From: Candidatus Hydrogenedentota bacterium
GTDB taxonomy: Bacteria; Hydrogenedentota; Hydrogenedentia; Hydrogenedentales; SLHB01
DNA length: 64,000 nucleotides
Reading direction: 5' to 3'
Assembly: GCA_963745075.1 (NCBI GenBank)
Contig: CAVUWV010000028.1
Span: 128,001 to 192,000 of the forward strand
Below are positions 50,144-60,088 of this stretch, piece by piece. The notes under the pieces were generated by a model. That model had not been told where the DNA came from and did not search any database. It saw nothing but the letters and a program-made list of their open reading frames with translations. Position 1 is the first letter of the stretch, and each line of letters starts with the position of its first letter. The position numbers and the translations under genes are program-made.

Positions 50144-51734
50144 ATGAACTACGCCACACAGAGCCGCGCCAGGGGCAGGCACCGGTCTGCATTCCACACG
50201 ATCGACGCGCAATCGGCCAATTGCAGACGTGCTGCACTGTTCACCGTGGCGCTCGCTTGCACTGCTCTCACGGCAATCCTGGGCGGCCGGGCCGAAGCAT
50301 CCGGTCACGCCGAAGCGCCCCTGATCGCGCAAGACCCGCTGGCCGACGTCACCGACGTGTTCGCATTCATCGGCACGAAAGTCGACGAACCCGCGGTAAA
50401 GGTCCTCAACGTCATCGTGAACGTCAAGCCGTATTGTGATCCGGGAGCGGGCTCGATATACGATCGGTTCACAAACGATGCCCTGTACAGCATTCACATC
50501 TGCAACCCCACCTCCGGCAGGGAAGCGCGTCGCTACGACTTCAAGTTCTCCGACGTTAACCCAACCGGCTCGCCCGGCCTGAAAAATGACGATACCATTC
50601 TGTCGTACGGCCTTGGAACAGAACTCGGCGCCATCGTGGATGTCGGCGACGCGCGGCAGAACTTCACGCAGACCTACACCGTGCGGCGGCTCAATGGCAT
50701 CATTCCCACGGTCATTGGCGACGGATTGTCGACGCCGCCGCCCAACGTCGGTCCCCGCGTTACCCCACTCTACAACGACGCCAATACGGGCAACGCGATT
50801 TCCGGCGCCACCACCTTCAACGAGTTGGACAAATATACCCAGCAGACGATCCACAGCCTTGCTTCGGGTGAAGTGGTCTTCGCAGGACAACGCGACGACG
50901 CTTTCTACGCCGACATCCCGGGATTCTTCGACCTATTGGACCCGCGAGTTCAGGACAACGACATGGACCCGGGCGACGGATTTGGTCAAGACGGTGGCGG
51001 CGTGGACGGGTTCAAAGGCTACAACGTGCTCACCTACGCGATCCAGATTCCCGTCGATTCCCTGACCTCGTATTCCTACACGGCGCCCATCGACGGCCCG
51101 TCCAACGGCGTCGGCGTGTTTGCTTCGGTAAGCCGGCCGCGCTTGCTCGTGCGCCGCCCCCACGGGGTCCCGGCCTCGCTGGGGCGCTTCGTTCAGGTCA
51201 GCCGAATGGGCAACCCTCTGTTCAACCAACTCTTCGTCGCACTGAAAGACAAGGACAACTACAACCTTACATCGCCGAGCCGGGGACGCCTCCGGGTTCG
51301 CCACGTACGCGCGCAACCCCGAACTCGTCTCACTCTTCAACCAGGTATTCAGTACCAACTTTGTCGAGCAAGGACGCACGGATTTGGAGCAACTGTTCAT
51401 TCCGGACCTCCTCCGCGTCGACACCACCACATCGCCGGTCCGATTGCCGGGACAGTCGGGATTCAGCCGGCTTGGCTTTATCGGCAATGACACCACCATG
51501 AACAGTGAAGGCGGTGCCATATCCAGCGGCTGGCCTAACGGGCGCCGCCTCGGCGACGATGTTGTGGACATTGCGCTATCGCTGCTGGCAAGCGGACCCG
51601 GCTACACCACCATCATGGAAATCGGGGACAACGTCGCCGCAAACGATCAGATTTTCAATCAGGTCTTCCCCTACGCCGCTACGCCCCATTCCGGTCCCTA
51701 CCACAGCAAAGACTCCGGCGTGAACGACAATTAG
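50144..51734 (+). CDS. DUF4331 family exported protein; frameshift near 51283
   Basis: ASGHAEAPLIAQDP, DVTDVFAF, FAGQRDDAF and QVSRMGNP, then GWPNGRRLGDDVVD and FPY in the next frame. Confidence 0.85.
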
Positions 51735-51758
51735 TCGACCTCGAGGCAGGGCGTGAGT

Positions 51759-52178
51759 CTACTCCACCGGCTCCTTAATCCGGTCCAGAATCCCATTGAT
51801 AAACCGGGGGGCATCATCCGTGCCGAAGCGTTTGGCCACTTCGATGGCTTCGTTGATAGCGACGTTGCGCGGGACGTCGCCGGCGTATTGCATTTCCCAG
51901 AGGGCGACACGGAGGACGTTACGTTCGACGTGTCCGATGCGGTCGGGGGACCAGGATTCGAGGTGGGCGGCGATGGTCGCGTCGAGGTCGGCGCGTTGGT
52001 CGACGACCCCCGCGATGAGTTTCTCGGCGTAGTCCCGCACGCCGGGGCGTGACGGATTGACCTTCCAGAAATCGGCGATAGCATCGTGCCAGTCGTAGGC
52101 CGTGAAATCGAGGCCGAACAAAAACTGGACGGCGCGCTCGCGGGCACGCCGCCGTACCTGGGGACTAATCGCGCTCAC
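51759..52178 (-). CDS. nusB: Transcription antitermination factor NusB
   Basis: RRRARERAVQ, VAINEAIEVAK and FINGILD; follows ribH. Confidence 0.95.
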   Translation of the reverse strand: MSAISPQVRRRARERAVQFLFGLDFTAYDWHDAIADFWKVNPSRPGVRDYAEKLIAGVVDQRADLDATIAAHLESWSPDRIGHVERNVLRVALWEMQYAGDVPRNVAINEAIEVAKRFGTDDAPRFINGILDRIKEPVE

Positions 52179-52245
52179 AACTGCTCCTTAGGACAACGCT
52201 CCGCACGCACGATTACACTTCCAGGCGCCACTCTTGCCCGCAAGA

Positions 52246-52405
52246 ACATCCCCCTTGATCCCCCTTCAAAGGGGGAGTTGTGCGTAACCATGGTTGCCGG
52301 CATATTCAGCGTAACGTTTTCCGAGGCCGAACCGACCCCGTTCTCTAGCACAACACGAAGTGTTGTGCCTGTTTTCCCCTTTTGAAGGGGGATCAAGGGG
52401 GATGT
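52246..52405 (-). repeat. REPIN/MITE-like element, copy 3 (160 bp, reverse orientation)
   Basis: Same arms; internal hairpin on the minus strand GCACAACAC-TTC-GTGTTGTGC. Confidence 0.85.
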
Positions 52406-52488
52406 TGTCTTGCGCCAAGGCATAAATGATGCACCCCATGTCGCGCTAGGCCCAACTTCAAGTCGGCTATGTCGCAGCCTGTTGCCGC

Positions 52489-52953
52489 TCACAACTGTTC
52501 CATGAGATTGGCCATCTCGATGGCCGCCATGGCCGCGTCGAATCCTTTGTTACCGGACTTGGTGCCCGCGCGTTCGATGGCCTGCTCGATGGTATCCGTC
52601 GTGAGGATTCCGAAGATGATCGGGATACCCGCGTCATAGGCGGCATGCGCGACGCCTTTCGCGGCCTCCCCGGCGACATAATCGAAATGGGACGTGCTGC
52701 CGCGGATGACCGCACCCAGCGCGATGATCGCGTCGTACTTCTTCGACTGGGCCATCTTCTTCGCGACCACGGGGATCTCGTAGGATCCCGGCGCCCACAC
52801 GACGGCGATTTCCTTGTCCTCGACACCGTGCCGGGTCAACCCGTCGATGGCGCCGCCCAGCAGTTTCGACGAGATGAACTCGTTGAAGCGGGACACGACG
52901 ATCCCGTACTTCTTCCCCTTCGATATCAGTTTGCCTTCAATGACCTTCGGCAT
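52489..52953 (-). CDS. ribH: 6,7-dimethyl-8-ribityllumazine synthase
   Basis: [28 protein letters not shown] and [11 protein letters not shown]. Confidence 0.97.
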   Translation of the reverse strand: MPKVIEGKLISKGKKYGIVVSRFNEFISSKLLGGAIDGLTRHGVEDKEIAVVWAPGSYEIPVVAKKMAQSKKYDAIIALGAVIRGSTSHFDYVAGEAAKGVAHAAYDAGIPIIFGILTTDTIEQAIERAGTKSGNKGFDAAMAAIEMANLMEQL

Positions 52954-53017
52954 GGTTTTGTTCTCCTCTCCGTACCTGTTCGTACGGCAACCGCCGCCAA
53001 TTCAACATCACCCCCGT

Positions 53018-53101
53018 GGCCTAAAGGGCCGTAACATGGCAGCCCAAGGCAACGCCCTGGGTTCCGAGCCATATCCAAATCCCCCGAGCCCTGTAAGGGC
53101 G
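53018..53101 (+). repeat. Composite hairpin repeat between ribBA and ribH
   Basis: GGCCTAAAGGGCC, AGCCCAAGGCAACGCCCTGGGT and GCCCTGTAAGGGC hairpins; resembles repeats I associate with Y1 (IS200/RAYT-type) transposases. Confidence 0.55.
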
Positions 53102-53147
53102 AAACAAGTATCCGGTCTACGGTCGCGATTCCCCTTCCCACCGCCCG

Positions 53148-54341
53148 TCACGCGAGCAGGTGGCCCATCTTCTCCTTTTTTGTCCGGATGTAGCGCTCGT
53201 TGCGCGCGTTCGTGGGAATGATCAGAGGTACCCGATCGGTCACGATGAGGCCGTGGGCCTCTAAACCGACCCGCTTGCTCGGGTTGTTGGTAATCAGGCG
53301 CATCCGTTTCACCCCGAGATCCGTGAGGATCTGCGCTCCAATCCCGTATTCGCGCGGATCGGGCAGGAACCCGAGGTGCTCGTTGGCCTCAACCGTGTCC
53401 AACCCCCGGTCCTGCAATTCGTAGGCGCGGATCTTGTTCACCAGACCGATCCCCCGGCCCTCCTGCCGCATGTAGAGCAGCACCCCCTGACCTTCTTCGG
53501 CGATCATGCGCAACGACTCGTGCAACTGATCACCACAATCGCACCGGTGCGAACCAAAGACGTTGCCGGTCAGACATTCCGAGTGAACGCGAACCAGGAT
53601 ATTGTCGTCGGGACCAAAATCGCCGTAGACCATGGCGAGATGGTGGTAGTCGTCGATCTCGCTTTCGTACGCGACCAGCCGGAATTCGCCGAAGTCCGTC
53701 GGGATCATCGTTTCGGCCACGCGTTGCACCAGCTTTTCGTGACGCCGCCGGTACTCGATGATGCTGGCCACCGAGCAGATCTTCAGCCGATGCGCTTCGG
53801 CAAACTTCGTCAATTCCGGCAGACGCGCCATGGTCCCGTCCGCGCTCATGACCTCGCAGAGCACCGCTGAGGGATTCAGACCTGCGAGTCGCGCAAGGTC
53901 CAGCGAGCCCTCCGTCTGCCCGGCCCGGACGAGGCTCCCACCCTCGCGTGCACACAGCGTTTGTACGTGGCCGGGTTGCACAAGGTCTTTCGCGGTAGAT
54001 TTCGGGTCAACGGCAACACGGATGGTATGCGCGCGGTCCGGGGCGCTTATCCCCGTCGTAACACCTTCGGCTGCCTCAATGGGCGTATGAAACGCGGTCC
54101 CAAACCGCGACCGGTTATCCTTAGCAACCGGCACCAACCCGAGCTGGTCGATGCGCTCCTGGGTCAGGACCAGACAAACCAGTCCGCGGCCGTGGGTTAC
54201 CATGAAATTGACGATCTCGGGGGTCGTCTTTTCCGCCGCACAGACCAAATCACCTTCGTTTTCGCGGTCCTCGTCATCGACCAGAATGATCATCCGGCCG
54301 GCCCGAAGTTCCTCGAACACTTCCTCTACCGGGGCAAACAT
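53148..54341 (-). CDS. ribBA: Bifunctional DHBP synthase / GTP cyclohydrolase II
   Basis: DDEDRENEGDL, RVHSECLTG, RCDCG and QEGRGIGL. Confidence 0.97.
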   Translation of the reverse strand: MFAPVEEVFEELRAGRMIILVDDEDRENEGDLVCAAEKTTPEIVNFMVTHGRGLVCLVLTQERIDQLGLVPVAKDNRSRFGTAFHTPIEAAEGVTTGISAPDRAHTIRVAVDPKSTAKDLVQPGHVQTLCAREGGSLVRAGQTEGSLDLARLAGLNPSAVLCEVMSADGTMARLPELTKFAEAHRLKICSVASIIEYRRRHEKLVQRVAETMIPTDFGEFRLVAYESEIDDYHHLAMVYGDFGPDDNILVRVHSECLTGNVFGSHRCDCGDQLHESLRMIAEEGQGVLLYMRQEGRGIGLVNKIRAYELQDRGLDTVEANEHLGFLPDPREYGIGAQILTDLGVKRMRLITNNPSKRVGLEAHGLIVTDRVPLIIPTNARNERYIRTKKEKMGHLLA

Positions 54342-54414
54342 TTTCTAACTCCCATTCGTCGCAGATGTTCGTGGCGCGATCTCCTGTAGGTATGAAAACC
54401 GCTTCGCCTCGAGA

Positions 54415-54574
54415 ACATCCCCCTTGATCCCCCTTCAAAGGGGGAAATATTTGCAACGCGTCGTGTTGCCGTCAACTCCTGTGAAGACCCACCGTTCAGA
54501 TCAAAATCACCGTAAAAGTTCCAAAACCGAATTTCCGCAGAACTCCCCCTTTGAAGGGGGATCAAGGGGGATGT
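54415..54574 (+). repeat. REPIN/MITE-like element, copy 4 (160 bp)
   Basis: Same arms; internal GCAACGC-GTC-GTGTTGC hairpin. Confidence 0.85.
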
Positions 54575-54590
54575 TTCTTCAACGTATGTA

Positions 54591-55217
54591 CTACGCAAAC
54601 CCATGTTTCTTTAGCTTTTCCACTGTCAGTCCGCCGCGCGACATTTGTTTAATGTAATGAAAAATATGCTTCCCGAGCATGTCGGCTTCCATGTTTACTG
54701 AATCGCCCGGTTTCTTGCTCGAAAGCGTTGTCTTCTCGATGGTTGCGGGAATTATTGCCACACCGAACGTGTCGCCATGGGGTTCCACCACCGTTAAACT
54801 GATTCCGTTCACCGAGACGGATCCCTTGGGAACCAAGTACTTGGCGACCTCGGCCGGCGCCTGAAACCGCCACAGCGAGAACTCACCTTGGGGATGAACC
54901 GAGTGGACCCGCCCCACGCCATCGACGTGGCCCTGGACGAAGTGGCCGCCCATGCGGTCGCCGTAGGCTAAGGCGCGTTCGAGATTCACGGCGTCCCCGG
55001 GTTTCAGGGATCCCAGCGTCGTCCTCTCGATGGTTTCCGGCGACATCTGGACCACGAAACTCTCCGCGTCGAACGACACGACCGTAAGACAGGCGCCGTC
55101 GATGGCGATGCTGTCGCCCTCTTTGACACCATCCAGGACCGTTTTCGCCATGATGGTCATGTCTGCGCCGGAACGCCGGGACACCGCGCCAACTTCTTCG
55201 ATAATTCCAGTAAACAC
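54591..55217 (-). CDS. ribE: Riboflavin synthase
   Basis: (M)FTGIIEEVG, DGACLTV, GGHFVQGHVD and GISLTV. Confidence 0.96.
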   Translation of the reverse strand: MFTGIIEEVGAVSRRSGADMTIMAKTVLDGVKEGDSIAIDGACLTVVSFDAESFVVQMSPETIERTTLGSLKPGDAVNLERALAYGDRMGGHFVQGHVDGVGRVHSVHPQGEFSLWRFQAPAEVAKYLVPKGSVSVNGISLTVVEPHGDTFGVAIIPATIEKTTLSSKKPGDSVNMEADMLGKHIFHYIKQMSRGGLTVEKLKKHGFA

Positions 55218-55229
55218 GTCTACTTCCAC

Positions 55230-56357
55230 CTACGCGTCGGGTAAAACATTCTTTACGTACGCTTCAATCAGGATGTCCTCGCCAACCGGTCGGGCGGTCA
55301 TCGTCTCCAAATGGACCACATCCACCATACGTTTAGCGCCTTCGCCTTCAACCGCGGTCACCGCGTCGTGACCACCGATGATCTTCGGAGCGACGAAGAA
55401 CATGACCTTGTCGACGATACCCGTCTCAAAGGCCGACGCCAGCGTGGTCCCGCCGCCTTCGATAAGCACCGTGACAATCTCGCGGGCGGCCAGTTCTTTC
55501 ATCAGCAACTCAAGATCGAGGCCGCCTTTGCCCGCAGGAATGCGCAAGACCTCGTCCGCGCCGGTGAAATCCCGGTCGTCCGGTACCGCGACCCAGGTTG
55601 GAGACTGGCTACCGTGTTTGAAGACGCGCCGGTCCGCGTCCAGGTATTCGGCCGCATCGACGATAATGCGGACCGGATCGCGCACATCCTTGTCGTCCAA
55701 CCGCGTGTTCAGACTTGGGTCGTCCATCATAACTGTGCGGCTGCCCACAAGGATGGCATCCACTTCATTGCGGAGTTCGTGAACCATGCGGCGCGATGCC
55801 TCGCCGGTAACCCATTTGGAGTCCCCCGTATGGGTAGCGATCTTGCCGTCCAACGACATACCGCACTTCGCGATAACGAAGGGCATTCCACGGGTGATGT
55901 ACTTGAAGAAGGCCTCGTTCAACGTGCGGGCTTCGTCTTCGAGCAGCCCGACATCCACGTCGATCCCCGCCTGACGCAGCTGGAAAATACCCTCGCCGCA
56001 GACCTTGGGATTGGGATCGTGCAGGGCCACGACGATGCGTGCCGGCTTGTGCTCGATGAGGAAGTCGGTGCAGGCTGGGGTCCGGCCCTGGTAACAGCAG
56101 GGTTCGAGGGTCACGTACAGGGTTGTACCCTCGACATCGCCCCCGGCGGCGCGAACGGCGTTGACCTCTGCGTGGGGAGCACCGGCCCGTTCGTGGTAAC
56201 CTTCCCCGACGATCCGGCCGTCACGCACCACAACACAGCCCACCACGGGGTTTGGACTGGTACGGCCCTTGCCCCGTGCGGCCAATTCGAGGGCACGGCG
56301 CATGTACGCCACGTCCTTCTGGGTCGGCTCGGCGGCCGGTGTTGCATGTTTCGACAT
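55230..56357 (-). CDS. ribD: Bifunctional riboflavin deaminase/reductase
   Basis: NPVVGCV, PHAE, TLEPCC, SLDGKIA and IEGG; ATG at 56357. Confidence 0.96.
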   Translation of the reverse strand: MSKHATPAAEPTQKDVAYMRRALELAARGKGRTSPNPVVGCVVVRDGRIVGEGYHERAGAPHAEVNAVRAAGGDVEGTTLYVTLEPCCYQGRTPACTDFLIEHKPARIVVALHDPNPKVCGEGIFQLRQAGIDVDVGLLEDEARTLNEAFFKYITRGMPFVIAKCGMSLDGKIATHTGDSKWVTGEASRRMVHELRNEVDAILVGSRTVMMDDPSLNTRLDDKDVRDPVRIIVDAAEYLDADRRVFKHGSQSPTWVAVPDDRDFTGADEVLRIPAGKGGLDLELLMKELAAREIVTVLIEGGGTTLASAFETGIVDKVMFFVAPKIIGGHDAVTAVEGEGAKRMVDVVHLETMTARPVGEDILIEAYVKNVLPDA

Positions 56358-56459
56358 AAAATTGTCCCGATAGGCATACAACACCTTCGGGACATGCAGA
56401 CGCATCGGCCAGATGCAGCTGTACCGGTCTCCCGGGCACACCGCACATAGGCGAGTACG

Positions 56460-56580
56460 CCACACCTTCTCCCATCCGGACTGTACCGTCGGCACCGGAA
56501 TTTCACCGGTTCCTGCGCGTATCCGCGCTCGCGGGCTGTAACCGCCGGTCGGGAATTTCACCCTGCCCCGAAGGTGCTCT
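56460..56580 (-). ncRNA. FMN riboswitch (RFN element)
   Basis: Minus strand CTTCGGGGCAGGGTGAAATTCCCGACCGGCGGT...AGCCCGCGAGCG...CCGGTGAAATTCCGGTGCCGACGGTACAGTCCGGATGGGAGAAG, upstream of ribD. Confidence 0.97.
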
Positions 56581-56690
56581 CACTAAAACTCTTCTAAGTT
56601 AATGATAGCCAACGCGGAACGCAATGTCAATTCAATCGTGGAATTGCCGACAGGTACCGATGCGGTCCGTAATTCACGAAAAAGCAGCCA

Positions 56691-58148
56691 CTAGAGAACG
56701 TAACCGAGATTTTCGAGTTCTTCGCGGGTCTCGGGGTCGATCTCTTCCGTCCTTCGCTTCTCGACCAAGGCATCGTCCAGGATCCAGTGGTACTTTTCGC
56801 GATACCCATCGACGAGGGACTGTAGTTTTGCGACGACTTCGGGCGAATTCGCACTTATCTCGTGTTTCTCGCCAGGGTCAGCCGAGATATCATAGAGTTC
56901 CATGGTCTTTACCGGAATGGAATGCTTGTCGTTGGCGGTCACAAGTCCATCTGCGTTATTACGCTCGCGTTTCACAGGGGGGTGATAATTCGCCGGGTTC
57001 CAAACATACTTGTACTGGTCGGTACGGACAATTAGCATTTTGTCGCCCCACTCCCCGAATACGGGTCCCAGTGCTGCAGAAGCGGCAGTGAATGCGGGGA
57101 CCAAGCTCTCCCCCTCCCACGATTTCGGGGCGGGGATTCCAAGCAATGCCAGGATCGTCGGCGCCGTGTGGATCACGCTGACAGGCTGCTCGATGCGATT
57201 CTTGCTCGGAACCTTGCCCGGCATCCAAAAGATGAACGGCACGTGGAGCGTCCCCTCATATACGGAGGCCTGATGGTGAAAGTACCTATGGTGATCGTAT
57301 AGCTCCTCCCCATGATCGGCGGTGAAGACAATAAGCGTGTTCCGCTGCAATCCCAGATCGCTCAGCTTAGTCTGGAGCATTTCAATCATGCGATCCATGA
57401 GAAGCACTTCGTCGTCATACAGGCTAATCACGTGATCGAGGTCAGCCTTCGCCAAGTCTTCCTGGGCTACAAACACGTGTGTAGTGCGTTCGAAACTCCC
57501 GTCGAGGTGTCCAGAGTAGTTCGGATTCGTAAACGTACGATCTTTGACGGGCGGATCGTAGGGGCCATGGGGCGCGAAGAGATGGAGCCAAAGGAAGAAC
57601 TTGTCCGTTGCGTGTGCGTCCATCCAATCCAATGCATCGCGGGTTGCCAACCGATCGAGCGGTTCCTGCGTATAGATATTCTTTTTGTCGAAGCCTTCGA
57701 AATTCTGACGTCCACCGTTGGTAACGAAAGCGCCGCATGTATAACCATGGTTCTTGAGCACCTCGGCCAAGGGTTCCAGATCGTTGGTCAACCGCATGCC
57801 GTTGTAGCGAACGCCATGAGAGACCGGCCATAGTGCAGTGTGTATGGTGGCCAAGGACGGCCAGGTAGAGCCTTTCGGAACGAAGGCATGGGTAAATAGC
57901 GTGCCTTCCGAAGCAAACGCGTCGACATGGGGTGACGTATCACGGAAGTATCCGTAGCATCCCAGATGATCCGCCCGCAACGCGTCCACGGTCACCAAGA
58001 CGACATTGGTGTGGCCGGGGGGCGGGTTACCAGCGGCTTCCTTGGAATTTGATGGCGCCGACCCCGGTGTCGAAGTATCGCCGCCGCAACCGGCTAAAGA
58101 TACAAACAGGGCGACGAGGAGTACAGACGAATAGAGTCGGCTTAACAT
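56691..58148 (-). CDS. Sulfatase/alkaline-phosphatase-superfamily lipoprotein
   Basis: LAGC lipobox; TVDALRADH, PHGPY, TADHGE and ELYDISADPGE; non-canonical TWPSL active-site motif. Confidence 0.85.
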   Translation of the reverse strand: MLSRLYSSVLLVALFVSLAGCGGDTSTPGSAPSNSKEAAGNPPPGHTNVVLVTVDALRADHLGCYGYFRDTSPHVDAFASEGTLFTHAFVPKGSTWPSLATIHTALWPVSHGVRYNGMRLTNDLEPLAEVLKNHGYTCGAFVTNGGRQNFEGFDKKNIYTQEPLDRLATRDALDWMDAHATDKFFLWLHLFAPHGPYDPPVKDRTFTNPNYSGHLDGSFERTTHVFVAQEDLAKADLDHVISLYDDEVLLMDRMIEMLQTKLSDLGLQRNTLIVFTADHGEELYDHHRYFHHQASVYEGTLHVPFIFWMPGKVPSKNRIEQPVSVIHTAPTILALLGIPAPKSWEGESLVPAFTAASAALGPVFGEWGDKMLIVRTDQYKYVWNPANYHPPVKRERNNADGLVTANDKHSIPVKTMELYDISADPGEKHEISANSPEVVAKLQSLVDGYREKYHWILDDALVEKRRTEEIDPETREELENLGYVL

Positions 58149-58249
58149 AGGGAACGATTGCCTTTCCAAGCGTATAGAAACCGATAAGACGGCATTATCC
58201 TATCCCGAACCCAAGCCCTTCAAGTGTTGCGTGACGTGTACGCGCCGAA

Positions 58250-59923
58250 TCAGGGCTTGAGGAGACGCACCTTTCCACCTTTGTAACTCGCGCGCTCGGC
58301 GAAGGAAAGCGTCTCCAGGTACTCGCCCACGTTACTGTCGATCCGGTTTTCGTGAATGGAAACGATCCAGATACGGTGGCTCTGGTATCGAACCTGGATA
58401 CTTTTCATCGCATCGGTAGTTCCCGCCGCCACCTGCCGAAGCGACGATAGGAGTTCATCCGAGTCCTGCGGATTGAGTTTCCGAACGTATGTCTCGAAAT
58501 AATACCGGAACGATGGATGACTGCGCGCGTACTCACGTTCTTCGGGAGGACGGTGCCGTGTTCGCGCCCTGGCTTCTCGAGAAAAGACGATAACGTCTCC
58601 CGGTTCGACATGTTCGGCGACGTACCTCGCCAAATCTTTCCAATCTACCGGTTCCATGCGCGTGAAGTCGTTGAACACGGCCGTCAAGGCAAACGGGCAA
58701 TAGGCAATCGCCAGGACCGAGACGAAGGCAATCTCAAGCAGGAAATGACGTTGCTGGACAGGGCGGCCATGTTCCGCTTGGTGCGAGGGGCGTCTGTGGA
58801 TGATCCGTTTCACGGCAAATCGCGCGGTATACGCGCATCCGATGGCGATGAGAAAGACATAAAGCGGCACGAGGCTACAAAAGTACTTATCGTTGTACCA
58901 GTGACTGGCCTTCGTTACAAGAAACGGCAAGGGGACAAGGACGAACTGCGTCACGATTATCCAGGGCATAGCGCGAGTCCGTACGCATAGCCCAATGAAA
59001 CCGGCAAGCATAAACCCGGCAAGTATCCCTTGCACCATGCGTGGTGCCGGAGGCATGAAGCTTACCAAGTAATTCCAGTAAAGACCGGGGGTCATCGAGA
59101 ACTCATATTGGTATCCCAGGGGATCGACTACTTCGTCCGCTGCGTCACCTTCATTCTGTGAATCCACATCGGCGACACGCAGTAGCAAAGGCGCACCAGT
59201 TGCGGCCACAGTGACCGCAAGCGTGCTCATACCGAGTACAGCGCACAGACCCAGGGTCGCGATGCGCCGCACCTTTCGTTTTGCGCCGGGGACCGTTCGA
59301 GTGGCAATTATCCAACATCCAGCGCCGACGAGCATCGCGGCATAGAATGGAATTACCGTCAACTGTACGATAACCGACCACATCGCGGTGAGTGTAAAGA
59401 ATGCCCACGACTTCCCACCGCCTACCGCGATGGCCTTGTACAGCGTGTAGACAAGTAGAATCTCCGCCAACATGACAAGGCTATAGAAACGCGCGCAGAC
59501 ACTGTAGTAAATGTCGTAAGTGTTGATTGCCATCAGGAAGGCCGCAACGAGTCCCGCACCGCGACCTGCCACTGACCTCGCAAGCAGGTGGATCGCCGGC
59601 ACGGAGAGTACTCCCGCTGCCACGCTCGGTAAGCGGAGGGTGATCTCGGATTCCCCGAAGTACAGGCAGAAGTGCGCGAGAACGTAGTAGAGCGGATATG
59701 CGCGGTGGAACAAGACCGCGTAGAACGATTGCGACGCCCCTTTGAGCGTCAGGATTTCGTCGCCCTGGAAACTTACATCGATACGGTAAATTCGCAACCC
59801 CACCGCCAGACCGATTATCAGCAACAGGAGCAGTGTTTCTGCACTTCGACTCCAACCGAAGGGCATCGTCCCAGCGCCCGACGACTGCCGTACCTGGTTT
59901 TCGGGAAGGCTCAATTCATCCAT
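58250..59923 (-). CDS. GT-C fold glycosyltransferase (family 39/ArnT-like)
   Basis: GLRIY..SFQGDE, LRLPSV and YYSVCARFYS; many TM helices. Confidence 0.8.
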   Translation of the reverse strand: MDELSLPENQVRQSSGAGTMPFGWSRSAETLLLLLIIGLAVGLRIYRIDVSFQGDEILTLKGASQSFYAVLFHRAYPLYYVLAHFCLYFGESEITLRLPSVAAGVLSVPAIHLLARSVAGRGAGLVAAFLMAINTYDIYYSVCARFYSLVMLAEILLVYTLYKAIAVGGGKSWAFFTLTAMWSVIVQLTVIPFYAAMLVGAGCWIIATRTVPGAKRKVRRIATLGLCAVLGMSTLAVTVAATGAPLLLRVADVDSQNEGDAADEVVDPLGYQYEFSMTPGLYWNYLVSFMPPAPRMVQGILAGFMLAGFIGLCVRTRAMPWIIVTQFVLVPLPFLVTKASHWYNDKYFCSLVPLYVFLIAIGCAYTARFAVKRIIHRRPSHQAEHGRPVQQRHFLLEIAFVSVLAIAYCPFALTAVFNDFTRMEPVDWKDLARYVAEHVEPGDVIVFSREARARTRHRPPEEREYARSHPSFRYYFETYVRKLNPQDSDELLSSLRQVAAGTTDAMKSIQVRYQSHRIWIVSIHENRIDSNVGEYLETLSFAERASYKGGKVRLLKP

Positions 59924-60088
59924 GTGGCACCTTGAAGAGTCCTTTTCCTCGGCAACCTATTCCCGGGAAACAAAAGAAGAATCACTGCATTAGATCGCAC
60001 TGCGGATTTCGGATAGAATGGCAAGATTGGGGCCATCCATACACCGGCCGGCGTACGGCTAATCCTACCATTCAGGGGAACGGAGCTA

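Noticed and set aside
37873..54574. Repeat-spacer-repeat units as a CRISPR array
   Set aside because: Arms are inverted rather than direct, copies are kilobases apart, cores are about 95 bp and no cas genes are present.
56358..56561. Extended RibD N-terminus in the ORF track
   Set aside because: This interval is the FMN riboswitch and its expression platform.
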